Source: Rotaria socialis
Taxonomy: Eukaryota
DNA length: 22,580 nt
Reading direction: 5' to 3'
Assembly: GCA_905331295.1 (NCBI GenBank)
Contig: CAJNYD010000314.1
Location: 62,001 to 84,580, forward strand
Shown: in pieces, positions 20,807 to 22,580 of the stretch
How positions within the stretch are numbered: the stretch's first letter is position 1
Layout of the letters: every line of letters starts with the position of its first letter
Notes under the pieces: model-generated
The model's input: only the letters and a program-made list of their open reading frames with translations
What the model was told of the DNA's origin: nothing
The model's database searches: none
Position numbers and translations under genes: made by a program

Positions 20807-22580
20807 AACTATCGGAAACCTTGATGGTATTGAAACATGAGTTGAAAATTGTCCTTCCTGCTCTTTGGGAAAAAGTAAACTTTCTATCAAGCTATTTTTC
20901 ATTGCACTTTCAATAGAAACCTAATAATCGTATGGTTAATATCAAATTTAACTAAATTAATATCAATCGAGCATAAATAATTCTACATTATATGTTTGAT
21001 GCTATGCAACGAGTCATGTCTATATAATTAGTATTTCTTTTCAAAAAACTTGATGATAGAAGTGACTTTTCTTCTGATTCGCCGAATAGTTCTCATTGAT
21101 ACCAGCAACTATTTCTATTAAACAAACTTTCTTCAAAATATACGTCATATTTTCTTTTTATCCACAAAATTCGATATGCAAAATGTGATAAAATACATTT
21201 TTGACATTTTCAATCATCTACAACTTATCTTTTATAAAACAAAAAGCAATCGGTAACATAGTAAACAGAAGGTGAGCAACTGATTGGAGGTGCAGCTCAT
21301 GCAAACTTTATATGTTTGCAGATTGTGTAATTATCCGAAAGAAATTCAATGCAGAATTATTCGGTTTAGGAAAGTTTATGTCTATTAATAGATGCAAACA
21401 AATAGGAATATTTATCGCAGCAAAAAAATAGTGCAGAAAAAAGTTTCAGTGAAGCCCCTGAGATGGGAGAATATGAAATAACACAATTTTGGCTTAATCA
21501 TCATATGCAATATCATTATGTATGTGAGAAAACCAAAAGGCAGCATGCCGAAAAACTTACTGAGCAATTTCAGGTCGTGGGAAATCTCTCACAACTTCTG
21601 CCAGACGGTTCTAAGGTTACCAATATGTTTATTAGTGTCTACCGTTATATCGGGCATATAGGTTGAATTTCTATTTTATATACTACTTTAAGATTTATTC
21701 AAAATCATATTTTTAAAAAGCACGTGATGACGATGAAGGAATTTCTCGATATGTCACGTATAGATATCAGCGATCAGGAGATTGATTGAACTGAAAGAAA
21801 ATGAGAAAAAAATGTAAATCAGTTTATATTGATTCGGATCGTTCTGGCTAATTTAGGTGCCAGCACGATAAAGACTAATACTTGCAACTGTGACTTAAGG
21901 TAAGATTAACGTTTTTTCAGTACTCAATTAGACATAAATCTCTCTTTACTGCTTTCATTTCTAAATCGAAGATTATTGTCGTCTTGATATTTCACATCAA
22001 ATAATCAATACTTCTATCATAAGAAAGTGTCATAATAACCAAAGATAATACTACTTTTCTCTTTTGAAACATCAAAAAGATGTACGCTAATTTTTAATTG
22101 AAATGGTTTGCTTTACAATAAAATCCTATACATTTTAAATGATATACTGGCCATTTATTGTCTTACTGAAGAGCTTTCTTCTTTTATATACGAAACAGAG
22201 AGTTTTGCAAAAGATTCTTGAAATAAAAAGAAATATATGTATATGTGAGAAGTTCAACTGGTTTATATAAAATTTTCATAATTTCATTTTGATTTAATTA
22301 AGGTGCATCAAGGTCAAAAAGCGAGCAGAAGAAAACTTTCTTTTATTATTATATGGTTGGATAGAGAGCTTGATGAGTAGATCATGAATATCATCTTTAA
22401 AATATTTCTAGGCTTCCGTTTTGGTTGAGAAATTTTCAAAATACAAACTGCCCCTGAAACAGCGAATATTTCACTTTTTTCGAGAAAACTCGAAATTTAC
22501 CTAGTTTAACAATGTTCTAGGTGTAGAAAACTATCATCATCGAGGTCAACATGAAAATCTGAATCTACTGATGTAACTTT

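Noticed and set aside
21406..21666. EYLSQQ...EITQFWLNHHMQY resembles the start of a hAT transposase dimerisation domain
   Set aside because: The diagnostic downstream motif (L..PATS...ER.FS) is absent and no TIRs are seen. A BLASTX hit would be needed.
22298..22580. TTAA followed by GGTGCATC as the left end of a Kolobok-like MITE
   Set aside because: No convincing matching right TIR inside the window; it cannot be supported without flanking sequence.

Overview
AT-rich eukaryotic (animal) genomic DNA with many 50-73 nt GT-AG introns. Composition, intron size and a foreign-looking glycoside hydrolase suggest a bdelloid rotifer (inference, not proven). I reconstructed four genes by hand: (1) the 3' part of a GH5 glycoside hydrolase (+, <1..474), a horizontal-transfer candidate; (2) a complete 15-exon methylmalonate-semialdehyde dehydrogenase ALDH6A1 (-, 576..2996, 532 aa); (3) a complete 11-exon DNA ligase III alpha with PARP zinc finger and C-terminal BRCT (+, 6749..12394, 932 aa); (4) an intronless, highly divergent class A GPCR-like 7TM protein with a very large second extracellular loop (+, 18360..20000). 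Non-coding DNA holds several non-autonomous transposons: a 545-bp TIR element with an 8-bp TSD in LIG3 intron 4, a ~530-bp foldback palindrome spanning an assembly N, a 105-bp TTAA-flanked hairpin, and an apparently full-length HINE/DINE-1-like Helentron derivative. There is also a possible decayed C2-domain pseudogene. I found no convincing novel multi-gene system. The best leads are the GH5 gene, the orphan GPCR, the HINE-like element and a uORF just upstream of LIG3.
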